The notes under the pieces: model-generated
The model's input: the letters and a program-made list of their open reading frames with translations, nothing else
Database searches by the model: none
Told to the model about the DNA's origin: nothing
Position numbers and translations under genes: made by a program
NCBI GenBank assembly: GCA_037447605.1
Contig: CM074820.1
Location: forward strand, 1,984,001 to 2,048,000
Length of the DNA stretch: 64,000 nucleotides
From: Zygnema circumcarinatum SAG 698-1b
Taxonomy: Eukaryota; Plantae; Zygnematophyceae
Reading direction: 5' to 3'
Shown here: one piece after another, positions 26,342 to 40,700 of the stretch
How positions within the stretch are numbered: the stretch's first letter is position 1
Layout: every line of letters begins with the position of its first letter

Positions 26342-28338
26342 TGATTCTTTTGACTACGGCCGGCTCACGTTGCAAAGCTTAGGAAGTATTCGATTTCTTA
26401 AGGAGTGATATGCCATCAAGTTGAGTCTAGTTCTCGCGCTCCCTCCCTCCCTCCCTCCCTCCCTCCCTCCCTCCCTCATCCCTCCCTCCCTCCCTCAACA
26501 TGGGCGACGCTTTGGATAGGTTCCTGGTCACCCTTCGCTGCTGCACCCACTGCTTCCCTGCATCCCTCCTTCCTGTGTTCCTCCATCCTCTCCATCCCCC
26601 ACATTGTATATACCCCCATTAGGCCAAACGTGTGCTAGTTTCGGAATTCATTTTCTAACTCTTTTTCGGAGAACGGTGATCCGGTGACGCCCATAATGGA
26701 GACTTTCCGCGTTGGATCTATGGAACGTCTGCAAGACCATGTCCTTAGGAAGGCTCTGCGTCCTTCATCTTGAGGCAGTTAACCGGTTGCCCAGTTTCAT
26801 GGCTGAGAGAGAGCGAGCGAGTGACAGACCACTTGTAGATAATGTTTTGAGGTAGTCAAGGCGTTGTACGATGTTTCTCCTCTTGTCTTTGAGCGATATG
26901 TGAAGTGTTTGCTTACCATTGGCGAGAAGGACGGATGAAATGCAAAGCAATTGCGCACATCGGAATTGGAAGGTGTCACATGCCTCGTGTCAAACCTTTA
27001 AAAAGACACCTTTAGGTGTTTTGATGTACTGATGGCTGTATGATGAGTTAGAGACGAGCAGGCATAGATAGCAATTGAGCCTAAACCCTAAACTCTGAGC
27101 CTGAACCCTGACCTTCATTCCAAAAAAGTATGCGCAAAACGCTTTAAAAATTGGGTTTTTAGTTGATGGAACGGATTCAGCTTTCAAGGAACATGGGTCA
27201 CTGTCAATTTCGAACGAAATGAGTGATGGAGCAAATTTCTACATAACGCAACATTTCTGTGGAACAGCCAATCAATCGAAGCACATGGAACTCCCATACA
27301 AGGGAGATCATAAGAAGCAGCCGGATATATGCAGAACCCTCGTGACAGACAGACACTTTCATGGTAACAATTTCTTTGTGCGAATAATCATACATGTATC
27401 CATGGCCTCTATTCCGTATCACTATGCCTCCTCACAGTTAAACGGAGTCACTGATAGTTTCTACCTCCATCACCTTCCAAGAAGAACCCAATGCGCTAAT
27501 TCTCCAAGCCATTTCTCTACGTGGAACCTCCCCCTCTCTACCCAGTAGTACAGGACGGATCAGACGAGAGATTCCGTGTTGCCTGTAACGAATCACTGAA
27601 CTAAAGAAAGGGACACATAACCGGACAGAAAAAATACGACCGAGAAAATGCTTTCCGCCTCGTGAATGAAGCAACCTGCAAAACGAAAAACAGCAGTACC
27701 CAACTGAATTCGTTAAATGGAGCACACAGACCCGTATACATAGAGCTAGGTTTGTCCTCCTCGCCTCCCTCTCACTCCACCCGCTTCCTCCTCATCTCCA
27801 CCGACAAACCCAAAACACCCTAGATCTCTCTCTCTTCCCCCTTCTCTACCTTCCTGTCCCCACTCTATCTACCTCCCTCCCCCTCTCCTCTCCCTTCTCC
27901 CTCCCTTGTCACTCTCTCTATCTCTCTCTCTCTCTTTCTCTCTTTCTCTCTCCTCCGTTCCCCTTCCTCTCCCTACCCCTCTAAAACTGAAACAACTGAA
28001 CTCCCCGTTTGTCACGGAGATTCAGTTGTTTCAGTTTGGGTACTTACCACCTGCCATCCCCAACTAGTGTATATGTAAAACTTAGAGAATACGAATCCCT
28101 CAAAAACATAGACGATCTAAGAGACCCACAGCATTGACAATCCTCCTCCAGACTCCTTCGGCCTCCAACTCCTCCAATTGAGCACTACTTCACATAAAAT
28201 GCCGAAACATGTCTAAAAAGTTAACCCAATTCAAAGCAGTCCTTCCTTCTCTCAACAACCCACATTCTCTTCCCTCCCCCATCTCCCATCTCCACTCACC
28301 GCAGCCCACCACGATTCCAAGAAAAATCGAGATCCGAT

Positions 28339-30431
28339 TTAACGCTTGGAGAACTGAGGCGCCTTCCTGGCCTTCTTCAATCCGTACTTCTTCCTCTCAA
28401 CAGCGCGAGAATCTCGAGTGAGCATTCCCTGTGCCTTTAAGGGGGGGCGGTTGGCTGCATTTGCTTCACAAAGGGCCCGAGCTATTCCGAGCACCATGGC
28501 TTGGGCTTGTGCGCTGAGTCCTCCGCCATGAGCTTTAATAACAAGGTCGTACTTGCTCTCATAGCCGAGGGAAGATAAAGGAAGCTTGACGGCCTGCAAA
28601 GGTAAACAATATGAAGGGAATTTGTATTTCTCACGCTTGATTTGAGTGTCTTATCTAAGTACAAGTAGGCCCGTTAAAGCCTCCGTGCAAAGCAAGGGTC
28701 ATGCATCCATCCAGGGTACAATCTCTCTCTTTTCTTCTCTCCTCCCTCCTCTCCCCCCCATCAAAGAGCCTCCCCTCCTTCCCTCTGCCTCTTCCCTCCC
28801 TCCTCTTCCTTCCTTCCCCTGCCCCTCTACCACATTGTCTCTCCTCCCTCCCCTCCCTTCATCTGCCTCTCTCCCACCTTCTCATTCCTCTCCCCATACA
28901 ATTAACTCCCCTCCTTCCCTCACTCCTTCCCTTCTTCTCCCTCTCTTCCAACTTCACTCTCTTCCCTTCCCTCGCGTCTCCTCCCCATCAGGAAAAAAAA
29001 AGAAAACTCAGGGTCCACAATTCAATGGAATTTTCGGAGTTCCCAGAGTTTTCTCCCACACCTTACCTGAATCATGAGCGCCTGATTCTGGAAGTATTCA
29101 ACCAAAGAAAGGTCGTTCACAATTATGCGCCCGGTTCCCTCGATAAGGCCCACCCTTGCAACAGCCGTCTTTCTCCTTCCGGTCCCATGGATCTTGAACG
29201 CAGCGAAGTGAGGATAGCGAGGGCTTCCGTCCTCAATAGCGAAAGAGGGCGCAAGGGAGGACGCCTCTAGGGCTTCAGCAGTAGCAGATACTCTTAGGGT
29301 TCTGGGGGCTGCTCTCGTGGTAGCCACTAAGGGGGCTACTTTGATGCTTGAAGAGGCACCGAGAAAGACGCTTCGGAGAGGCAGCTGGGAGGGCCTTGAG
29401 ACTCTGCAGTATGTAAGGAAGGTGAAATGTAAGGTAGAGAAATGTTGTGTGTAAGTGAGGGGAGGGTGGGGAGGGAGAGGAGGGGGAAGGGAAGGGCGAG
29501 GGGGAAGGAGGGGGAAGGGGAAGGAAGGAGGGGTTGCTGTATGTGAAGAAGAGGAGGAAGGGGCTAGGGAAGGGAGAGGGAGGGGAGAAGAACAGGGAGA
29601 AGAGGAAGGAGAGCGAGGGAAAGGAAGGAGGCAGTAAAAAGAAAATGGCATTGAACGATCATTAAAATGGATGGACATAAATGAAAGTCAGCAAACAGAA
29701 GTGGAGAAGGGGGCATTCTAAAGGGGATTCAGGAAAAGGAAAAATTCAGTTAAGCATGCCACACGCCTATGAATTTCTTTGCATAAGGGGGTCGGAAAAG
29801 ACTTGCTTTTATTTCTCTCTTGCTCACTTTCTCCTTCTCCCCCCTCTCTCTCGCCCCCCTCTCCCTCTTCTGCCCCCTCGCTCCCTCCCTCTCACCCTCA
29901 CTCTCCATCTCTCTCTCCCTCTCCCTCTCCCTCTCCCTCTCCCTCTCCCTCTCCCTCTCCCTCTCCCTCTCCCTCTCCCACTCCCTCGCCCTCGCCCTCT
30001 CCCCCTCCCTCTGCCTCTCCCCCCCCCTCTCTCTGTCTCCCTCTCCCTCTAACTCTCTCTCCACTTCTTCTCAATGTCTGCTAAAAAATGATAAAAACCA
30101 GGGTTCAAGTGCTCCTGGAAGCGTCCGAAAAACTAAAAGTTACATTTCTGGCTCGACCCGAAATGCTCCTCAGCTGCCGACAAATGGGATACAGCAAATC
30201 CAAAAAAAAAACACTAAAATATGATTTGCCAATGTGCCCTCTGTCGCCATTGGCAGACAGTGTCCGTACAGCCTGCAAGCCCTGCCACCTGTCAATAACC
30301 TTACAAAAATTTCTAATTTCCTGCAAATTTTGAGTAATTTCGAGCTTCTCTGACCTGCCAGATGCTGCAAGAGCCGTGCTTTCTCCCAAACTCAATGACG
30401 AAAGCACGGAATTGAGTGCAGAAACCGCCAT
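28339..30431 (-). CDS. PRPS9: Nuclear-encoded plastid 30S ribosomal protein S9, 3 exons
   Basis: Transit-peptide exon from 30431 ([15 protein letters not shown]); [13 protein letters not shown]; [10 protein letters not shown]...[27 protein letters not shown]. Confidence 0.96.
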
Positions 30432-31773
30432 TTGGAACCAAAATTTGACAAAGGGCTATTCTGCGATAATTTCAAGCAAATGCTGCCGGAAAAGGTTCTT
30501 AACGAATGAAAGACAGTAAATCCCCGTCGAATTCGCTTCAATGGAGGGTCTTTGTGCAGAAAACGGCCTCCAAACTCTTGCCCTAACCCTAACCCTAAAA
30601 ATGGTCCTCCTCTGCACCACGGGGAGGCGCAGTGCAGTAGAGAGAAAAGCCAAGGTTCAGAGAATCGCCATTTTTTTGAGAATTGGACGCTCAAGATCTG
30701 TTCTTACTTCTCCGTACAGATTATGGACGGCTGAGATGCGCCGGAAGCCGTTTTGCGGCTCGAGTTTGGATAAGCGTGGGACGACTACATATTCGTACAT
30801 ATACCGTACAGTATGTAACCGTACAGGAAACCGTACATGATCGTACGGCATACGAAACTACTGTACGGCCTGACAAGTGGCTGACCGTGAAGCATTTCAG
30901 GCTGCCCGCGATGGCAAGACAGCCACTCGCGTGGTGACGCGTGGCACGACCTCCCCCCCCCGACCAACCTGTGCAGCGGGCAGAAAGAAAATATTTTTCG
31001 CTGTGTCCCAAGAAAAAAGTAGGAAATACTGTAGAAAGTTTTTTCAACAAGGGACCAGCCTTTCCGTACCTTACAGTGTTGTATAGTCGGTTGTGTAGAT
31101 TGCTTTTTTGGCTAGTCAGAGTGGTGAAAGTAACCACTAGTTTCTGGTTTCTGGCTTCTGGTTTTTGGAATTTGGTTTCCAGTTTCCAATGTGTATTGCT
31201 TTGTAAGCAAAAGCTGTTTTAAATTTTTTTTTTTTAGATAGTTAAGTTGCATAAGTAGCTGCTCGTCTTTTTTTTTTTCTTTTCTGAAAATGCGAGCAAG
31301 TCCCAACACTGAACTTTCGATTCCTGGTGCAAAAATTTCAACTCAACTCACTCTCTCCCCCTCTTTGGGAGAAGCTGCTTAAAAAAAAAACCGCCTTCTG
31401 ATTAAACCCCAAACCAAATCATCTCAAATTGAGCTTCCGTTTCCTCAGAACCCGCCTCCCTGCCCTTTCCGTTACAGTTTCCGTTACAATTTCCGTTACA
31501 GCTTCCGTTGCCATTCTGTGGCCCTCAACTGTTTCCATGGCCTCTGCTTTCGGCGATTTGCAAGGACCATCCTTCTGCCCTTTTTGCGCATTACCGCGAT
31601 AAATTTTCTTTCCGGATTTTTCGCTCACATTATTGCCTCCGCTGCCTGCATCAGAAAATGGGTCCGTTCCTTCATCCGCTGCAAATTCTTCATGTTTTGA
31701 GGAGGAAATTCGCGGCGATTCATGCTCGGTCTCAGTCTCAGTTCCAGTTTCAGTTATAGTTTTAGTTACAGTT

Positions 31774-33596
31774 TCAGTTACAGTTCCGTTTTTCCTCGGT
31801 AACGGAGTCCCCTGTCTTCTCCTTTTGCTTCGTGAGGATGAGATAATGCGCCACCGACTTATACCCGAGACTCTCCGCCTGCGCTCACGGAAAAATTCCA
31901 CATAGACAACCCACTATTAGTTTGGCGAATCTTGGAATTTCATCACCAAGAAAAATCTCAAATGACCCACAGACTTTTTCAAGTTTTCGGGAGTTCTCGA
32001 AACTCAGATTCCTACGATTTAATGACCTGCTTGCCCTAATTATTCAGAACACAAACATCTAAAAGCCCATTAACCCCCCTTAATTCCATCCCTTGTCCCT
32101 GTTTCCTACTCCCTAAGCCCTGAACCCTAACCCTTAACCCCTATCCGCTATTCTCTAGCCCCTAACCCCTACCCCCTAGCCCCCACCCTTCACCCTCTGC
32201 CCCCTGCCCCCCCCCTATCCGCGAAACCCCCTACCTCCCACCCTTCCCTCGCTCCCCGAACGGCCCTGAACCCTGAACCCTCCCCCTCNNNNNNNNNNGG
32301 GAGAGGGAGAGGGAGAGGGAGAGGGAGAGAAGAAAAAGGACGTGGGTTAGGAAAAAGGAGGAGAAGAATGGAAACAGAAGGACTCCAGTGCACTAATATC
32401 GGGATTTTTTTAGGGTTTGTGGACTCTATAGGTACTGGAGAGATGATGTGGGCTCCGAGAATCGACGGATTCTTGAAAGATTAAAGAATCCAAGGCCTAC
32501 TTTTTTTCCTCAGTATGCATGCTCTTTATTTGGGTTTTACTATTGAAAGAAAAATGAGAGGGTTTAAGGGTCTTTAGGGTTCAGAATAAAAAGTAAAGCG
32601 GGCACCTCGTAAAGAGACAGTCTCCACAGAACTGGCCCTGAACCAATTTGCAGTGTGAGCAGTGTGTTCGGAGGCCCGAAGTTTTCTGCCTGCAATCCAT
32701 CCTTAGTTTCAAGATTAGGGTTTAAAGCCCCAAGGCATCAGGGTTCAGCAGCTTGGACGGTTTTCTGATGTTCTAGGGTTTCACTGTAGGGTTTTTAGGA
32801 TTTTTAGAGTTTTAGGGGTTTTAGGGTTTAGGGTTGTTAGGGTTTTCAGGGTTTTTATAGTTGTTAGGGTTTTGATGGTTTTAGAGTTTAGGGTTTTAAG
32901 GGTTTTAGGGTCGTAGGGTTTAGGGTTTATAGGGTTTTTAAGGTTTTTAGGGTTTTAGGGTTTTTAGGGTTCAGGGTCTTACCGGCATTGATGGCATGTC
33001 TTTCCGTTCGCGGGATCGTATTTTCGTTTCTTTTCTTGAAATTTCCACGGCTCGGAGTAGCTTCCGAGAAGCTTCCAGTGCTCCTCCGTGTACTCCTCCT
33101 TGCGCCCTTCACCTTCCGACGGATCAAATTTTCGGTTTGCGACTCCGCTGGGCGGCTCTGAACGGAGAGGCTTTTTGGGGCCCGGATCTTGAAGAAGAGG
33201 AAGAATTGCAAGAGGAGGGTTCGGGGGGATGCGGTCTTTCAGCCTGCACAGATAGTATGAAAAAAAAAGGAACGATTGAAGAATTGTAAGAATAGAATGT
33301 TCTCATTTTGAGAGTTTTGAAACTGTCAGAAGAAGAAGAAGAAGCAGCAGCAGAAGAAGAAGAAGAAGAAGAAGAAGAAGAAGAAGAAGAAGAAGAAGAT
33401 GAAGTAGAAGAAGAAGAAGAAGAAGAAGAAGAAAAAGAAGAAGAAGAAGGAAAAGAAGTAGTCGAAGAAGAAGAAGAAGAAGAAGAAGAAGAAGAAGAAG
33501 AAGAAGAAGAAGAAGAAGAAGAAGAAGAAGAAGAAGAAGAAGAAGAAGAAGAAGAAGAAGAAGAAGAAGAAGAAGAAGAAGAAGAAGATGAAGTAG

Positions 33597-33628
<32 letters not shown>

Positions 33629-36266
33629 GAAGATGAAGAAGAAGAAGAAGAAGAAGAAGATGAAGAAGAAGATGAAGAAGAAGAAGAAGAAGAAGAAGAA
33701 GAAGAAGAAGAAGAAGATGAAGTAGAAGAAGAAGAAGAAGAAGAAGAAGAAAAAGAAGAAGAAGAAGGAAAAGAAGTAGTCGAAGAAGAAGAAGAAGAAG
33801 AAGAAGAAGATGAAGTAGAAGAAGAAGAAGAAGAAGAAGAAGAAAAAGAAGAAGAAGAAGGAAAAGAAGTAGTCGAAGAAGAAGAAGAAGAAGAAGAAGA
33901 AGAAGAAGAAGAAGAAGAAGAAGAAGAAGAAGAAGAAGAAGAAGAAGAAGAAGAAGAAGAAGAAGAAGAAGATGAAGTAGAAGAAGAAGAAGAAGAAGAA
34001 GAAGAAGAAGAAGAAGAAGAAGAAGAAGAAGAAGAAGAAGAAGAAGAAGAAGAAGAAGAAGAAGAAGAAGAAGAAGAAGAAGAAGAAGAAGAAGAAGAAG
34101 AAGAAGAAGAAGAAGAAGAAGAAGAAGAAGAAGAAGAAGAAGAAGAAGAAGAAGAAGAAGAAGAAGAAGAAGAAGAAGAAGAAGAAGAAGAAGAAGAAGA
34201 AGAAGAAGAAGAAGAAGAAGAAGAAGAAGAAGAAGAAGAAGAAGAAGAAGAAGAAGAAGAAGAAGAAGAAGAAGAAGAAGAAGAAGAAGAAGAAGGGTTC
34301 AGGAAGGTTACGAACTTTGGGTTTAAGATTAGGGTTTGGAGGTGAAAAGGTTAGAAGGTTCAAATAGGGTGAAATAGGGCATGTGATTCCAGGGTTTGAC
34401 TCCTTGGTGTTTAAGAAGTAGAGTTTCGGGTTTAAGAAGCTAGGGTTTAGGGTTTATAGGGTTTTTAAGGTTTTTAGGGTTTTAGGGTTTTTAGGGTTCA
34501 GGGTCTTACCGGCATTGATGGCATGTCTTTCCGTTCGCGGGATCGTATTTTCGTTTCTTTTCTTGAAATTTCCACGGCTCGGAGTAGCTTCCGAGAAGCT
34601 TCCAGTGCTCCTCCGTGTACTCCTCCTTGCGCCCTTCACCTTCCGACGGATCAAATTTTCGGTTTGCGACTCCGCTGGGCGGCTCTGAACGGAGAGGCTT
34701 TTTGGGGCCCGGATCTTGAAGAAGAGGAAGAATTGCAAGAGGAGGGTTCGGGGGGATGCGGTCTTTCAGCCTGCACAGATAGTATGAAAAAAAAAGGAAC
34801 GATTGAAGAATTGTAAGAATAGAATGTTCTCATTTTGAGAGTTTTGAAACTGTCAGAAGAAGAAGAAGAAGGGTTCAGGAAGGTTACGAACTTTGGGTTT
34901 AAGATTAGGGTTTGGAGGTGAAAAGGTTAGAAGGTTCAAATAGGGTGAAATAGGGCATGTGATTCCAGGGTTTGACTCCTTGGTGTTTAAGAAGTAGAGT
35001 TTCGGGTTTAAGAAGCTAGGGTTTAGGTCTAAAGACTAGGGTTTAGGAAATAGGGTTAAGAGTTTGAAAAGTAGGGTTTAGGGTTTAAGAAGTAGGGTCT
35101 AGGGCTTAAAAATCTAGAATTTAGGTTTATAAAGCTAGGGTTTAGGTTTACAGACTAGGGTTTAGGATTTAAAAAACTTGTGTTAGGGTTTAAAAAGCTG
35201 GGGTTTGGGTTTAAAGACTAGGGTTTAGGGTTTAGGAAGTAGAGTGTAGGGTTTAAAAAGCTAGGCTTTAAGACTAGGGTTTAGGGTTTAGGAAGTAGAG
35301 TGTAGGGTTTAAAAAGCTAGGCTTTAAGACTAGGGTTTAGGGTTTAGGAAGTAGAGTGTAGGGTTTAAAAAGCTAGGCTTTAAGACTAGGGTTTAGGGTT
35401 TAGGAAGTAGAGTGTTGGGTTTAAAAAGCTAGGCTTTAAGACTAGGGTTTAGGGTGTAAAGCCTAGGTTTTATGGATTAAGTAGTAAGGTTTAGGGTTTA
35501 AAGACTAGGGTTTAGGGTTTAAAGACTAGGGTTTAGGGTTTAAAGACTAGGTTTTAGGGATTAAGAAGTAAGGTTTAGGGTTTAAAGACTAGGGTTTAGG
35601 GTTTAAAGACTAGGGTTTAGGGTTTAAAGACTAGGGTTTAGGGTTTAGGAAGTAGAGTGTAGGGTTTAAAAAGCTAGGCTTTAAGACTAGGGTTTAGGGT
35701 TTAAAGACTAGGTTTTAGGGATTAAGAAGTAAGGTTTAGGGTTTAAAGACTAGGGTTTAGGGTTTAAGAAGTAGGGTCTAGGGCTTAAAAATCTAGAATT
35801 TAGGTTTATAAAGCTAGGGTTTAGGTTTACAGACTAGGGTTTAGGATTTAAAAAACTTGTGTTAGGGTTTAAAAAGCTGGGGTTTGGGTTTAAAGACTAG
35901 GGTTTAGGGTTTAGGAAGTAGAGTGTAGGGTTTAAAAAGCTAGGCTTTAAGACTAGGGTTTAGGGTTTAAAGACTAGGTTTTAGGGATTAAGAAGTAAGG
36001 TTTAGGGTTTAAGAACTAGGAGCCTCGAATTCAGGGTTCAGAGGAGAATTCAGATTCCATGCGACCCGTACGGAAATCGACCTCTCCGAGCGGCGCGTGG
36101 GCCCCGTCCCCGGCTCCTTGGGCGACCGTTTCCGTTTAACGTATTTCCTCCGTTCCCATGGAATCTCCTCCAACCCTAACTTCTGCAAGTGGAGCCGGTT
36201 GGCCTCCACACGTGTCGCGCGTGCCAGCTCGTACTTTGAGAGCTTCGGCGCTTCAGCGCTGCCCAT
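31774..36266 (-). CDS. CDCA7: CDCA7-like zf-4CXXC_R1 protein; one internal exon not visible, exon 2 duplicated
   Basis: Exon 1 36266-36082 (LSKYELARATRVEANRLHLQKLGL...RRSER). Exon 2 34770-34510, with a copy at 33243-32983 (EEYTEEHWKLLG...YDPANGKTCHQCR). Exon 3 32689-32606 (QKTSGLRTHCSHCKLVQGQFCGDCLFTR). Last exon from 31878 (AESLGYKSVAHYLILT...*, TGA 31774-31776). Exons 1-3 are phase-2 compatible. Confidence 0.88.
33328..34294 (+). repeat. (GAA)n trinucleotide tract of ~970 bp with GAT/GTA/GTC/GGA/AAA interruptions
   Basis: Directly visible. The second, otherwise identical flank copy carries only about five units at ~34856-34870. Confidence 0.95.
35020..36010 (+). repeat. Higher-order TTTAGGG-derived telomere-like satellite in CDCA7 intron 1
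   Basis: Contains 21-bp units (AAAGACTAGGGTTTAGGGTTT), ~55-bp units, and a ~210-bp block repeated at ~35080 and ~35760. Confidence 0.88.
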
Positions 36267-37565
36267 GGGTTTAAGGTTTAGAGTTAAGGGTTAAGGCTTT
36301 AGGGTTTAGGGATTAGGGTTTAAGGTTCAGGATTTAGACGAGGGTTGAGACTTGAGATTTGATGAGGGTTGAGAGCTAAGTGTATGAGACTTTATGGTTG
36401 AGGGTTCTGAAAATTTAGGGTTTAGGCTCAGTGGCGAGCGGTGGAAGCCGTTGGAACTTATGTGTCGCTGTTCCGTAAAGTGTTCGACGCTCGACGCCAA
36501 GCGCCGGCAATATATCGGATATCGGCATTGACCTCGCGATATCGACACCATCAAATGATCACATGCCCCCATGGACACATGGTCACATGGACACATGCAC
36601 GCACATGTACACAACATGCATGTAGATGGCCATGTCCATGGGAACATGTGCTATTGTCAAAGTCGCTAATTGGGGCCTCGCAATGACGCGTTGCCCTTCC
36701 CTTCCCTGCCGAGACAAGTAGGCCTTCTCACAAGTGGAGGAGGAGGGAAGGGTTCAGAGCCTCCCTCCATTGGGACCGGCGGTCAATCATCTCCTCTGCA
36801 CAGAGTGCCCCTTCTTTGCAGTTCAATGGGCAGTCATTCGAGACGGGTTCACATGGGTTTGGTTCTACAACAACAACATGGAGAACCACGAGGAACCAAC
36901 TGCTCACAAAGGACCCAAGGACCAGAGGAATTAGTTACGAGAGGAACTCTGGTTCTGGGCCCAACAGCAGCACGGCTTTGAGCCGCTTGATTAGTGGCAT
37001 TGATCTCACGATGGCGATGATGCCATCAAATGTACATGGACAAAATCAGCCTGGGAAACCACGAGGAAGTGCTATGGGCCAAGAAGTTTGCTTGATTTCA
37101 CTGGTCGGAGTTTCAAGCTCTTAAAAGAGAACTGAGGCGACTTCCTCATGCTATAGACGCTTTCGCTACAGGACCAGAAACCACAAACCACAACCACAAA
37201 CCAAAAACCAGATCCGAAACTCATAAGAGAGAGCGTTGTACAAGTTCTCCAGTTCATGAGAAACAAAAACAGGAAAAAGAAAAATACAAGAAGAAAATCA
37301 ACTTTCATTTTCTCAGCTGTTCCGTTGCATTTCTCAACAGGCAACGTAAAACACTGCAGAGAAATCTAAACTGCATTCTACTTATTTGTACACCACATGT
37401 CGTTTGAACACGTAAAATCGAAACAGGCAAGCTGCTGCTCTCTACCTTCCTACCCTCCCCCCCTCCCTCACTTCCTCCGCCACTCCCATTCCATGAAGCC
37501 TCCACGAGTCATTTCGGGCCCTAAATTCAACTCAACATTGCTTCAGTCAAGGGAAATTCTCGACA

Positions 37566-38310
37566 TCATTTTGCAGCAGCTGGCTTCGACGACTTGTTGG
37601 CATTCTCCGTCGCCTGCATTCATAAAGTCAAAAAACAAAAGTAAAAGAATCAAAACATTCGTCTTCCTCAATTGCTAGAACACGCACATTCGTCGTCCAT
37701 GCGGGTTTTAAAACCTAAAACCTGAAAACGTTAAGGAACCTGAAAATGCAGACTCTGGATGCTACTGTAACTCCTCCAGCCTCACAGGAAAAACACAAAC
37801 GCTAAAAACTCCTATGGACCCAAAAAGCATCCCCCGAACCCCAAAACTGAAAATTTCCTGAACACTACCACCTTCGCTGAACCCTAACCACATTCCTGTG
37901 CCTACGACCTGCCCTGAACCCTCAAGAGTCCCCTGGACTCTGCCTCTCCCCTCAACCCTGAATCCTTCAACCTCCCCATAACCTGCGCCCTGAAGCTAAG
38001 CAGTTTCTCTGAACCCTGAACCCTACGACGTTCTCTAGGCCCTAAGACTTCCCCTGAACCCGCAAAGCTCCCCGGAACCCCAAAATGCTCCCCTCAACCC
38101 TCAACCTTAGCAGTTTCCCTATACCCCCTCAACCCTAAGCCATTCCCTGAACTCTAACCTCTAGCTCCGAGCTCTGAACCCTCCCCTGCCCTGAACCCTC
38201 CCCCGCCTGCTCGCCTTGAGCCAGAAGTAGCTCCCGGCGAAGGCGGGCAGCGCCGCCCCCGCCAGAATGAGGAGAGGGCCCGTCACCAAACTCAGCCGGT
38301 TGGAAATCAT
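37566..38310 (-). CDS. Candidate two-exon single-TM microprotein (~47-52 aa)
   Basis: ATG 38310 begins MISNRLSLVTGPLLILAGAALPAFAGSYFWLK. A second exon at 37613-37566 follows a TGCAG acceptor (ATENANKSSKPAAAK*). The gene is divergent from NKAP. No family recognised. Confidence 0.45.
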
Positions 38311-38744
38311 CCTCTTTTTGCACCGGGAAAAGAAAAAGAAATATGTATGTATGTGAAAAAGAGAAAGGGGAGAGAGAGGGGAGTATGGTAGATGATGATG
38401 ATATCAGGAGAAAAACAGTTTTTTTTTTTTGATAAGTGGAAAGAAAATGGGAGTGTAGCAGTTGTATCTGTTCGGCTATTTCCTTCTTTTTCTTACTTTT
38501 TTTTTCTTTTTATTTGATGCGCGATGATAGAGGGAGGGCTTTAGGGTTTGGAGGACAAACGGTTCGCTGAGTAGTTCAGTTGTGAGGAACTGGATCCAGG
38601 TTGGATGGAGGTCAGGATGTGGACTCGATTCCATACGGATCAACATAAGTAGATCAACGACTAGACTGGGTGGATCTAAGGAAAATGCCAGGTATCCAAT
38701 CTTTGATTCTAACACTCAAGATCAATACGTTCATTGTATGTTGA

Positions 38745-40700
<1,956 letters not shown>

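Noticed and set aside
26700-27730. Short ORFs and splice-like sites on the minus strand downstream of PRPS9
   Set aside because: Could not assemble a phase-consistent ORF or recognise a family; possibly UTR or lncRNA.
32430-32495. Plus-strand exon-like segment (YWRDDVGSENRR...) as the missing CDCA7 exon
   Set aside because: Wrong strand and lacks the CxxC motifs.
33308-34363. 345-aa poly-Glu (+) and poly-Phe (-) ORFs
   Set aside because: Translations of the intronic (GAA)n tract, which is stop-free by composition.
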